Source: an uncultured virus (IMG/VR IMGVR_UViG_3300024261_000020)
Taxonomy: Duplodnaviria; Heunggongvirae; Uroviricota; Caudoviricetes
Length of the DNA stretch: 64,000 bases
IMG/VR virus record: IMGVR_UViG_3300024261_000020
Span: 1-64,000 of that record
Reading direction: 5' to 3' (one strand)
The notes below the pieces were generated by a model. The model searched no databases, was not told the origin of the DNA, and saw nothing but the letters and a program-made list of their open reading frames with translations. Of the stretch, positions 50,692 to 58,815 are shown piece by piece. The first letter of the stretch is position 1. Every line of letters begins with the position of its first letter. Both the position numbers and the translations under genes were made by a program.

Positions 50692-51735
50692 TTATTTCCT
50701 TGTTCCGTGAGAGTGAGACTCTCTTAATCCAGAATCTGTAATCTCAATAAATTCTGCGGTCACCTGGAAATGTGGAATATCCCAAGAACCGTTGTAAGTT
50801 AAGGCGGACCTAATTCCGCCCTCAAACTCCTCAGTGACTCTCTTCATGGAGCCTTCATATCTAACAAGAGTAGACGTTCCTTCTGCGCAGGTTCCCGGCT
50901 TCATTCCGCCCCTCTTCTCTACCTGAATCTCTTCCGATGCCATTCCCCTGTATTTCTTATAGGCAATGCCATCTGTCCATGTGATTACATCACCAGGGGC
51001 TTCTTTGCTCCCAGCAAAGATGCTACCACAGATAACAGCATCTGCGCCGGCCGCAATGCTTTTAGCTAAATCTCCGGGGTGCCTAATGCCTCCATCTGCA
51101 ATGATGGACGCCTCGTATTTACCAGACTCTTTAGCGTCTGCGGCCCAAAGAAGAGAAGAAAATGTAGGAACGCCGAACCCTGTCTGAATTCGCGTTTTGC
51201 AGATGCTTCCTCCGCCGATACCTACCCTGACAGAATTTACTCCGAGATCTGCGAGAAACCTGTATCCGTCTCTGGTAGCAACATTTCCTGCCATGATTGA
51301 AATATCTGGAGCCATATCTCTAACTTTCTTAATGGTCCTCTCCATAAGCGTGCTATGGCCATTCGCAATGTCAATGCATACAACATCAAGGCTGCTGCCA
51401 TATTCTTCCAGAATCATGGAGAATCTTTCTTCCGCTTCTGCTCCAACTCCGATTGCAAAGCCTCCATATACTCCGGCAGCAATTGGTATTCTTAAGTGAG
51501 CAATTTGTTCACTAACAGAACAGTACCTATGAATTATCCCCAGACCGCCAAGCAGCCCAAGTTGTTTTGCCATAAGTCCTTCTGTTACAGTATCCATTGG
51601 AGAGGAAATAAGGGGAATGCCTAATTTGATTCCACCAACGTCTACTGAAGGATCAACGGCAAGCCTGGAAGGTATCTCTGATTTTCTTGGAACAAGAAGC
51701 ACGTCATCAAATGCTAAAGCTCTTCTTAATTTCAT
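50692..51735 (-). CDS. IMP dehydrogenase/GMP reductase family, no CBS domains
   Basis: FDDVLLVP, SSPMDTVT, DIANGH, GIGGGSICKTR, ADGGI, YRGMAS. Confidence 0.9.
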   Translation of the reverse strand: MKLRRALAFDDVLLVPRKSEIPSRLAVDPSVDVGGIKLGIPLISSPMDTVTEGLMAKQLGLLGGLGIIHRYCSVSEQIAHLRIPIAAGVYGGFAIGVGAEAEERFSMILEEYGSSLDVVCIDIANGHSTLMERTIKKVRDMAPDISIMAGNVATRDGYRFLADLGVNSVRVGIGGGSICKTRIQTGFGVPTFSSLLWAADAKESGKYEASIIADGGIRHPGDLAKSIAAGADAVICGSIFAGSKEAPGDVITWTDGIAYKKYRGMASEEIQVEKRGGMKPGTCAEGTSTLVRYEGSMKRVTEEFEGGIRSALTYNGSWDIPHFQVTAEFIEITDSGLRESHSHGTRK

Positions 51736-51741
51736 CTTAAC

Positions 51742-52329
51742 TCACATATAGTTTAATTCATAAAAGGTTTCAAATTCAAGGGCAGCAGACTCTGGATCTC
51801 CAGGGTGATGCCGCTCCCAACAAAATCTGTCATACCAATAGTGATACAACTCATGCGCTTGAGTCTCTTCAGTCTTGGTTCCGCCTGGATTCGATATCAT
51901 CAAAACAGCGTAATGAGGGCTTTGGCTTACAGGATCGTAAACTCCCCACACAACATCATTGGGGCTAAGGTTTTCATTCATAAAAATAGGAAATCTTCCT
52001 CTTTTGTTCAACTCATCCTGCCTCACATAATAAATCTCTAAGGTGTCGATTGTTCTGCATTGCTCCATTGGATAGCCCTTTTCTTTGGAGTAATGTTGGA
52101 TAGCTATTTCCGTCTTCTTAATCACCCTCTCAACTTCTTTATCAGAAAGCGCCGAATCCTGCCCATGATATATGTACCTCGTTCCCAATGGAACACTTGT
52201 ATTGGCCCACACATCGTGAACAGTAAACGACACATCTGATAGTTTGTTATAAGCTGGAGTCATTGTTTTGAACCCCACCAGAAACGTAACAAGAAGGGAG
52301 AGCACAAATATAACTCTCCCTTTGTTCAT
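51742..52329 (-). CDS. Secreted or membrane-anchored putative zinc metallopeptidase
   Basis: N-terminal hydrophobic signal, HELYH, downstream E. Confidence 0.5.
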   Translation of the reverse strand: MNKGRVIFVLSLLVTFLVGFKTMTPAYNKLSDVSFTVHDVWANTSVPLGTRYIYHGQDSALSDKEVERVIKKTEIAIQHYSKEKGYPMEQCRTIDTLEIYYVRQDELNKRGRFPIFMNENLSPNDVVWGVYDPVSQSPHYAVLMISNPGGTKTEETQAHELYHYWYDRFCWERHHPGDPESAALEFETFYELNYM

Positions 52330-52511
52330 CTCTTAAGCTGCCTACGTCTTCCATTTCTTACTTCGAGAACCTCTACTTGGAGGTTGGGATTAGATTTAAT
52401 CCAATCAATATCAAATTTAGTAAGACCTTCGTGATAATCTACTCTGCCACCAATACTATTGGTGACTTTGACTTTGAGTTTCGGACCGTAATGTGATTTG
52501 TCGTATGCCAT
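52326..52511 (-). CDS. Hypothetical protein
   Basis: 61 aa, ATGA coupling. Confidence 0.5.
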   Translation of the reverse strand: MAYDKSHYGPKLKVKVTNSIGGRVDYHEGLTKFDIDWIKSNPNLQVEVLEVRNGRRRQLKR

Positions 52512-52513
52512 AA

Positions 52514-53260
52514 TTACATCTCTTCTATTCTAAAATTAAGCAAACCAGAAAAGGCATTGCTCTTGTTGTTTTTGTTTCCCATTAACATGACGATTAGTTC
52601 GTCATCACCTTTTTTTAGCAAATTGTTGCAAATTTGTAAAGCCGCCTCCTCACTCATTTCGTTAAACATTTCGCAATGCATCGGGGCGAATCTGACCCCG
52701 AGCGCCCGTATATCTTTCGTACCGTCCTGAAGCATATCGTTCAAACATTCCACAGGACCAAGTCTACTGAACACAATTTTTCGTGCCTTCTTTGACTCGT
52801 GACTTTTATGTTCTTTTAATTTATCAATCGAACATACCTCCAACGCGAACAGATAAAGGTATGGGTCAGAACTGTCAGTCAACTTATCGTATATATTTAT
52901 CGTTCTGACATAACCACTTTGCGCGAGCAGCAGTCGGATCCAATTAATTCCGTATGCCCCAATAATTCCGTCATCAAGATCGTCGCTAAAAACCTCGTCT
53001 AATAACTCAGGGTAAACTGTGAAACAAAGTTTAATAAAACTTCCTCCTGACCCTGGCCCCATCTTCTCAATGATTTTTCGAAAACTTAACGAATTATTCT
53101 CTTCTCCGCCAATGTGGTAATAAGTTGTATAGCAACTTCTTATCTCCTCTTTGCCAAGGGATAATTTAGAAAAGCATTTGATAAAATTCCACATTGTCGC
53201 ATCTTTGTAATTCGCTAACTCTTCAAGAATACTTTGAGGTGTTCTCTTGTTTATCTCCAT
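52514..53260 (-). CDS. Hypothetical protein
   Basis: 248 aa, helical. Confidence 0.55.
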   Translation of the reverse strand: MEINKRTPQSILEELANYKDATMWNFIKCFSKLSLGKEEIRSCYTTYYHIGGEENNSLSFRKIIEKMGPGSGGSFIKLCFTVYPELLDEVFSDDLDDGIIGAYGINWIRLLLAQSGYVRTINIYDKLTDSSDPYLYLFALEVCSIDKLKEHKSHESKKARKIVFSRLGPVECLNDMLQDGTKDIRALGVRFAPMHCEMFNEMSEEAALQICNNLLKKGDDELIVMLMGNKNNKSNAFSGLLNFRIEEM

Positions 53261-53294
53261 ATATTAAATTTTTCACTCCGGGTATTGTGAAGAG

Positions 53295-54131
53295 CTAAAG
53301 GTCCTCCATAGTAAGGACCGAAAACCCTGCGGCTCCTTTGTGCCCGCCACCACCGGGGAACGATTCCGCAATCTTAGCAACATCGACTTCGCCTCTCGAC
53401 CTTAACGAGAAGACATAATGCTTTCCGTCAAAATTATAAGCAGCCGCTACGCCAAAATCTGTACTATCAGCAATCTCCGAAAGGATGTCTCCACGGAATA
53501 TCACTGCGGTGTTAATGACAGGGAACTCAATTCCTCGGATAGTCATGTAATACATGCCTCTCTTAATGGAATCACTGATCTCCTTTTTGTAATCAAGAAG
53601 AATTCTTCCGCCCTTAATCTGATTCATCAAACCTCTTGAGGTCTCAATGTCTTGAGCAAAATCATCCCAGATTTCAAGATTCTTTTCATTAGAATCAAGA
53701 TTAGCCAAAAGTGCTTCGGCACCCTCTAGCTCCCACTTATGAATATCTCTATCTTCAATGTACTGAAGAATCTTTGGAACGTCTTCGTCAGGGAAAAGGT
53801 ATTTCCATGCCAACACCGCGCCTGAGTTATCCATTTTAAATATGGTTTCAAGATTCGGACGAGTAACGCCCTCCATCGATTCCATAGCCGTAATGTGGTG
53901 ATCGATAACGACCACGCTCTTAGCTCTTTCAATCACTTCATCCATTTCTGGAAACTTAAAACAGAAATCTACTATCCAGATATCTCTGTCGTCAATATCA
54001 TCCGGTATCGGATCACCATGCTTTACTGCACAGTAATCAATACCATATCCGTATTTTTTCCAAAATGCATATGCCGCGCCAAAGCCGTCAGGGCAATTGG
54101 CATGATATATCAACATACTTCTTTTACTCAT
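53295..54131 (-). CDS. DHH/DHHA1 phosphoesterase
   Basis: YHANCPDG, VDF, IDHH, SLRS, GGGHKGAAG; start moved to ATG 54131. Confidence 0.88.
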   Translation of the reverse strand: MSKRSMLIYHANCPDGFGAAYAFWKKYGYGIDYCAVKHGDPIPDDIDDRDIWIVDFCFKFPEMDEVIERAKSVVVIDHHITAMESMEGVTRPNLETIFKMDNSGAVLAWKYLFPDEDVPKILQYIEDRDIHKWELEGAEALLANLDSNEKNLEIWDDFAQDIETSRGLMNQIKGGRILLDYKKEISDSIKRGMYYMTIRGIEFPVINTAVIFRGDILSEIADSTDFGVAAAYNFDGKHYVFSLRSRGEVDVAKIAESFPGGGGHKGAAGFSVLTMEDL

Positions 54132-55138
54132 ATATTCTCCGGTGAAGAGGAAAAGATCACTCTCTTGAGAAGGGAACAATTCTTTCTAAGAAGAGTCTCC
54201 AGCACTCCGGTCATATCGGTAATGCTTTCGAACTCAGAAAGCTCGTTCTGAATCCCTCTACAATACATCCTGTAAACTCCGGCCTCTTCCAATACATCAC
54301 ATTTGCTAACAACAACGTGTGTGCATCCAGTCAAATTGATAGACTTAATCAGCATATCAACATCAAGCCAATTTACCTTTCTTCTGCGCCCTGTGGTCAC
54401 ACCATATTCGGCCCCAATTTCCCCAACCTTTGACAGCATAGGGTCATCAAGTAGTGACGCAGGAAAAATAGGATCTTCTCCGCTTCTTGTGTCATAAATT
54501 TTGGCAGCGCCCCAGATGCTCTTAATGAGCTGTGGTGCGAAGCCTATACTGCAAGCTCCATAGGCAAGTGTAATGCTTGAGGTCACATAGGGATAATTCC
54601 CGTGATCAATATCTAACCAAGCCCCCTGCGCTCCTTCACACAATAATACACCGCTAAGCTGACCGTCCCATAGGATGTCACTGCCTTCGTAATAGTCTTT
54701 GGCAAGAAGACCTGTTCTTGCCGCCTTAGCTGCGTAACTCGGTGCAATACCTTTTGAGGTTGTGCCAAGCTTCTTTGCAAGGTTCTGCTTGTCAAACTCA
54801 ATATGCTCGTCTTGAACAATGTGGCAATTCGGAGATACCTTCACAAGAGAGGTATCGAATCCGTGTCCTGCGAGGTAAGCCAATTCTTTTTCAAATTCTT
54901 CTGGATGCAATACACAGCCGGGACCAACGATGGAAAGCATTCCGTGGAATACGCCGCTTGGAACAAGGTGTGTTTTGTATTTTTCGCCATTGACGTAGAC
55001 CGTATGGCCTGCGTTATTGCCTCCGGCCCAGCGAGCCACGGCGTCGTACTGCCCTGTAGCTGCCAAGGCTGAGGTGATCTTTCCTTTTGCTTCATCGCCC
55101 CAAGCGAGCCCCACTACAACATCTGCGGATAACAACAT
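54128..55138 (-). CDS. purA: Adenylosuccinate synthetase
   Basis: WGDEAKGK, NAGHT, GTT..GI, EGAQG, YPYVTS, GVTTGRRR, KCDVL; start ATG 55138 with GGAGG. Confidence 0.92.
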   Translation of the reverse strand: MLLSADVVVGLAWGDEAKGKITSALAATGQYDAVARWAGGNNAGHTVYVNGEKYKTHLVPSGVFHGMLSIVGPGCVLHPEEFEKELAYLAGHGFDTSLVKVSPNCHIVQDEHIEFDKQNLAKKLGTTSKGIAPSYAAKAARTGLLAKDYYEGSDILWDGQLSGVLLCEGAQGAWLDIDHGNYPYVTSSITLAYGACSIGFAPQLIKSIWGAAKIYDTRSGEDPIFPASLLDDPMLSKVGEIGAEYGVTTGRRRKVNWLDVDMLIKSINLTGCTHVVVSKCDVLEEAGVYRMYCRGIQNELSEFESITDMTGVLETLLRKNCSLLKRVIFSSSPENI

Positions 55139-55211
55139 GTAAATTCCTCCATGAGCGATAATAGTACCGAAGCGAATACAAGGCAACTACTAAGAGCTAC
55201 GGACATGCTCC

Positions 55212-55241
55212 CTTATACCACCCTGTGGGAAATTTGGAAAA
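55212..55241 (-). promoter_or_regulatory. Putative promoter upstream of purA
   Basis: 26/30 identical to 41601-41630. Confidence 0.6.
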
Positions 55242-55255
55242 ATATGCTCTAACGC

Positions 55256-55284
55256 AAACAAGGAAGGCTAAGCCCTCCTTGTTT
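55256..55284 (-). terminator. Rho-independent terminator
   Basis: AAACAAGGA/TCCTTGTTT inverted repeat with a GC core, after the 525-aa gene. Confidence 0.55.
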
Positions 55285-55304
55285 CTGCTCCATTCTAAAT
55301 TGGC

Positions 55305-56882
55305 TTAGGAATTTTCTGCTGCCATCTTTAGAAGCTGATCTTGTCTGTCCTCAAAAGCCACGCTTCTTCTGGTACGTCCTCTGCCAGCTCTATAATCCCT
55401 TACTTTCAGAGTAAGGATATCACTGACTGCCTTGTTTTGGAACTCAGACATCTTGTAGGTTGATACGGTTTTGCCACCGCGCTCTTCTGTTCCTTCAGGT
55501 GTCTGTGTCTGATCATAACTATCATAAAGCGCAAGACCCTTCTCAACATCGCCTCCGCCTCTGAAAGAGAGAACAGCTTCTACTGCCGCTGCTGGATCTC
55601 CGAGTCTTCTGATTCTTCTTCTGACTCTTGCGTTTCTTAGTCTTAACGGACCTGCGATTCTCGCTTCTCTTGTCTTAGAAGAAATAGCTCTGAAGTATTC
55701 TTCCATTGCCTCTCTTGGAGGCTTACCCTCTTCTGCAATAGGTGGCTCAGTATCCTCAGCAGGCTTAGCTGCCTCATCTGTTTTTGCGGCTGGCGCTGCG
55801 GGAGCAGCCCCTCCTAATAGTCTAAGAACAGCATCTACATTACCTCCAGACGGAATGGTTCTATCTGTAACCTGCTTCCTGTACCACTTAACCCATGACA
55901 AGAAAGACGCATCATATCCCTGATTAGGGTTGGCTGCCACCCATGCTTCCCAGGCGGCTTTCATGCCTTTTGGTCCACCATTTGCGAAGTAACCTTCCCA
56001 GCCGGATCTTGGCTTAGCTACCGGAGTTACTCCGCCAGACGGCTGCTCTGCTGGCTTTGCAAGCACTCCTTCGCCGGTCGAAACTTCTTCCGCAGAACTT
56101 TCCCCATAACGATCTTGCATCCCCCACTCTTTTGCAAGACTCATAAATTCCGCTTTTCTGTCATCACTCAGCGCAGGCTTGCGCTGCTTGAGCATTTCCC
56201 ACATTTTCTCTAATTTGTTGGGTGTAAATTCACCGTCTGGGCGATAAAGCCAATCTGTAATCATCCCAAAATCATATACTAATTTTTTATAGATTTCATC
56301 TTTTCTCGAATCAGGGGCAGAATTATCAGGTGCAGGAGGTTTTACAGACTCCGAATAGTTTATTCTATCGTCGGTAAGTGCCAATGCAACAAGTGCTGCG
56401 TCCTTTTCTCCAACCTTATCTAACCCTTCGGCTAATTTCTCAATTAAGTGTCTCATGTTTGATTCCTCTCTCAGGAAGTTGTGACTTTTGTTAGTAAATA
56501 AGAAGTCAAAGAATTCTTCATCTGTTTCATCATCTTCTGAGATTCCCTGTTTCTTCTGAGTTTTGTAATGTTCTGGAGGAAGATCTACGCCCTCCTCTTT
56601 AGCTCCAAAAAATTCAGTCTCTTCATCCTCGCCCTGTTCTCTGCTGAGTCCAGAAGGCTGAGGACTTCCTGGCAGGTCAAGAACTTCGCCGCCATATAAA
56701 GATTGAGGCATACTGGTCAAGCCTAAGGCTTCCTTTTCCATACCTTCCTCCTCAATCTCTTCATCATCTGCTTTATTCGGGATTGCAAACATCATCTCCC
56801 CTACAGGAACGTGCATGCCTGACGCAGCTTCTTCAGATGGAACTAAATCATCTAATGAAAACCCCGGCGTCTTTTTCTCCAT
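55305..56882 (-). CDS. Hypothetical probable virion protein with nested in-frame start at 56456
   Basis: 525 aa; internal TACTAACA, RBS and ATG; LAxxLDxxG helix; Trp-rich module. Confidence 0.65.
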   Translation of the reverse strand: MEKKTPGFSLDDLVPSEEAASGMHVPVGEMMFAIPNKADDEEIEEEGMEKEALGLTSMPQSLYGGEVLDLPGSPQPSGLSREQGEDEETEFFGAKEEGVDLPPEHYKTQKKQGISEDDETDEEFFDFLFTNKSHNFLREESNMRHLIEKLAEGLDKVGEKDAALVALALTDDRINYSESVKPPAPDNSAPDSRKDEIYKKLVYDFGMITDWLYRPDGEFTPNKLEKMWEMLKQRKPALSDDRKAEFMSLAKEWGMQDRYGESSAEEVSTGEGVLAKPAEQPSGGVTPVAKPRSGWEGYFANGGPKGMKAAWEAWVAANPNQGYDASFLSWVKWYRKQVTDRTIPSGGNVDAVLRLLGGAAPAAPAAKTDEAAKPAEDTEPPIAEEGKPPREAMEEYFRAISSKTREARIAGPLRLRNARVRRRIRRLGDPAAAVEAVLSFRGGGDVEKGLALYDSYDQTQTPEGTEERGGKTVSTYKMSEFQNKAVSDILTLKVRDYRAGRGRTRRSVAFEDRQDQLLKMAAENS

Positions 56883-58441
56883 CAGTCCCTTCCGAAAGGA
56901 CCGCTTCCACCTGGGACTGTGAAAAGTGCTGCAAGCCTATCTACGTTAGCAGATGCCTTCTTTCTTATATCCTCTATTGAGTCCATAGATGCCAGTGTGA
57001 AATCTTCAGCCTCTGATGATGATGGGTATGATGATGGGTATCCACCCGGAGACATGACCGTCTCAGATTCTCTCATTGACTGCTGACCTACTGCCCTTGC
57101 CCTGTTAGCAAGATGAGCATAGTTCTGAAGCTCAAGAGCATATCTGAGGAGAGTCTCAGGATCTTTTAGATCCGAAAGAACATTTCCAGCAATCATTGCC
57201 TCAAACCTTTCAACAAGGAATCCCGCACTCTCTGGAGAAAGCTCTGCATCCATAAGCTGACGCATTGGCATACCCGGGTCTGCAAGTCTAAACTTCTTCT
57301 GAAGTTCAGTACCAAAGTGTCCTGAGTTAACCCAGCCAGCAAACTGAAGCTGTGCTTCTTTCCAGTCTCTTGCAGGATCACCTGTAGACTCTGTGAGAAG
57401 ATGTCTCCCTTCGGAAGGGGACTTGTCCCCTTCTGGAACATACTCGGACAATACAGCCCAAGCTCTTGCATTTTCTCTTGTAATATGTGCGCCAACGGCT
57501 CTCTCTGCCCTTGGGTTAGGGGCCGCTCCTGGCCCATAAGTGTAGCTGGAAACTCTGAAGACACCTTCGGAAGGAAGGAATTCGTAAGAGTAAGGATCTT
57601 TGTCTGGCCTAATCGGACCAAGCTTTCCAACTACTCTTGACTCTGCTGGTTCAGCAACTGGAGCATCGCTGAAACCTTCCGGACTGGTCGTAACAACAGG
57701 GTTCATAGGCGGCGCAGGAGGAATTGTTCCTCTTAAAAATGGAGAAGACTGTGGAGACACAGGAGGCTTAGGGACTGGAGGGGCAGCAGGAAATTCTTCC
57801 TCTTCGTCCGCCTTTCCAAAAGGCCACCTAGCTCTCTTCTCTATCATCTTGGTTACTTCATCAGCAGCCTTGGTCTCACCAAAACTGTCCAACTTGTTTG
57901 CTAAATCTGCAAGAATGCGCAATGCTGACATGTTATGTCTCCTGTTTCTGTCCAAATTCGTTTTATTAGTAGCTCCGAATATACTCATGTCGATATTCAG
58001 ACTCGCCAAAGATACATCTCCATCACCGGCTCCTGCGCCAGCACCTTTTGATCCACCTTGATTAGGCTTTCCCTGCTTCCAATTATCTTGTAATGTTAAG
58101 ATATCAATGTATCCCTGCCTAATAGCAGAAATGAAGAAAAAGTCTCCGCCTGGGCCTGACCTAATTTCAGCAACTTCTCTATTATTCTGTTCACCAGAAT
58201 CTGGTTCCGCTGGGCGCCATGCTCCGGTATCTTTGTTCCCTAATTTGAAACGGTGAACAACGTTGCCTGCTGAATTACTGAACATGAATGCCATTCGATC
58301 ATTTAGTCTCGCATTCCTTTCTTCAGTAAACTTTGGAAACATAATTCTCAACGCAAGACGAGCAGTCGTGCTAATACGGATTTTATTTCCGGTAGCAGGA
58401 TCTGTCTTCTCTGTAACTTCTAAGTCTGCAAGCTTACGCAC
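56882..58441 (-). CDS. Hypothetical probable virion protein with nested in-frame start at 57931
   Basis: Start moved to GTG 58441 (RBS GAGGTG); internal TACTAATA, AGGAG and ATG. Confidence 0.65.
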   Translation of the reverse strand: MRKLADLEVTEKTDPATGNKIRISTTARLALRIMFPKFTEERNARLNDRMAFMFSNSAGNVVHRFKLGNKDTGAWRPAEPDSGEQNNREVAEIRSGPGGDFFFISAIRQGYIDILTLQDNWKQGKPNQGGSKGAGAGAGDGDVSLASLNIDMSIFGATNKTNLDRNRRHNMSALRILADLANKLDSFGETKAADEVTKMIEKRARWPFGKADEEEEFPAAPPVPKPPVSPQSSPFLRGTIPPAPPMNPVVTTSPEGFSDAPVAEPAESRVVGKLGPIRPDKDPYSYEFLPSEGVFRVSSYTYGPGAAPNPRAERAVGAHITRENARAWAVLSEYVPEGDKSPSEGRHLLTESTGDPARDWKEAQLQFAGWVNSGHFGTELQKKFRLADPGMPMRQLMDAELSPESAGFLVERFEAMIAGNVLSDLKDPETLLRYALELQNYAHLANRARAVGQQSMRESETVMSPGGYPSSYPSSSEAEDFTLASMDSIEDIRKKASANVDRLAALFTVPGGSGPFGRD

Positions 58442-58480
58442 GTTCACCTCAATCAAACAAACTATATTATTAGAAATGAC

Positions 58481-58514
58481 AAAAGCCCGACAGCTAAATT
58501 GCTATCAGGCTTTT
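58481..58514 (-). terminator. Rho-independent terminator
   Basis: Minus-strand stem AAAAGCCTGATAGC/GCTGTCGGGCTTTT whose two mismatches are G-U pairs on that strand. Confidence 0.7.
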
Positions 58515-58530
58515 GAACTATTTGCTAAGG

Positions 58531-58815
58531 TCAATATTCTTCAATATCAATGTAGTATGCTATGACCTTTAAGAAATCTCTTGCTGATCTAATCTCTACA
58601 TGCTTTGGGGCTGCCTTGAGTTCATTGCGAATGTTGTCAACTTCTGTGTCGTTTAAGACCTCTTCGATTGCTTCAAGTCGAATTCCGCAAATCTCCCCAT
58701 TTGGAAATACATTAAGTGCTTCCATAATCTCAGGGTGCTCTTCCAATGAGAAATGCTTATTGTTCTCGAACTTCTGAAGATTGAGTCCTGCATTGACCAG
58801 CAAAAAATCATCCAT
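58531..58815 (-). CDS. Hypothetical protein
   Basis: 94 aa, coupled to groEL copy 2; no GroES motifs seen. Confidence 0.5.
   Translation of the reverse strand: MDDFLLVNAGLNLQKFENNKHFSLEEHPEIMEALNVFPNGEICGIRLEAIEEVLNDTEVDNIRNELKAAPKHVEIRSARDFLKVIAYYIDIEEY

Noticed and set aside
54128..55138. PurZ / 2-aminoadenine (Z-genome) pathway, given a short PurA homolog and an HD hydrolase
   Set aside because: The protein keeps the PurA catalytic Asp (GDEAKG, not GSxxKG) and the PurA-type GVTTGRRR loop; the HD gene is 30 kb away and YfdR-like
57017..57040. 12-bp tandem duplication encoding YPSSYPSS
   Set aside because: Only two copies in a low-complexity linker; ordinary slippage
58531..58815. GroES next to groEL copy 2
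   Set aside because: The size fits, but the sequence looks helical and lacks the PLxDRV and mobile-loop GGI motifs
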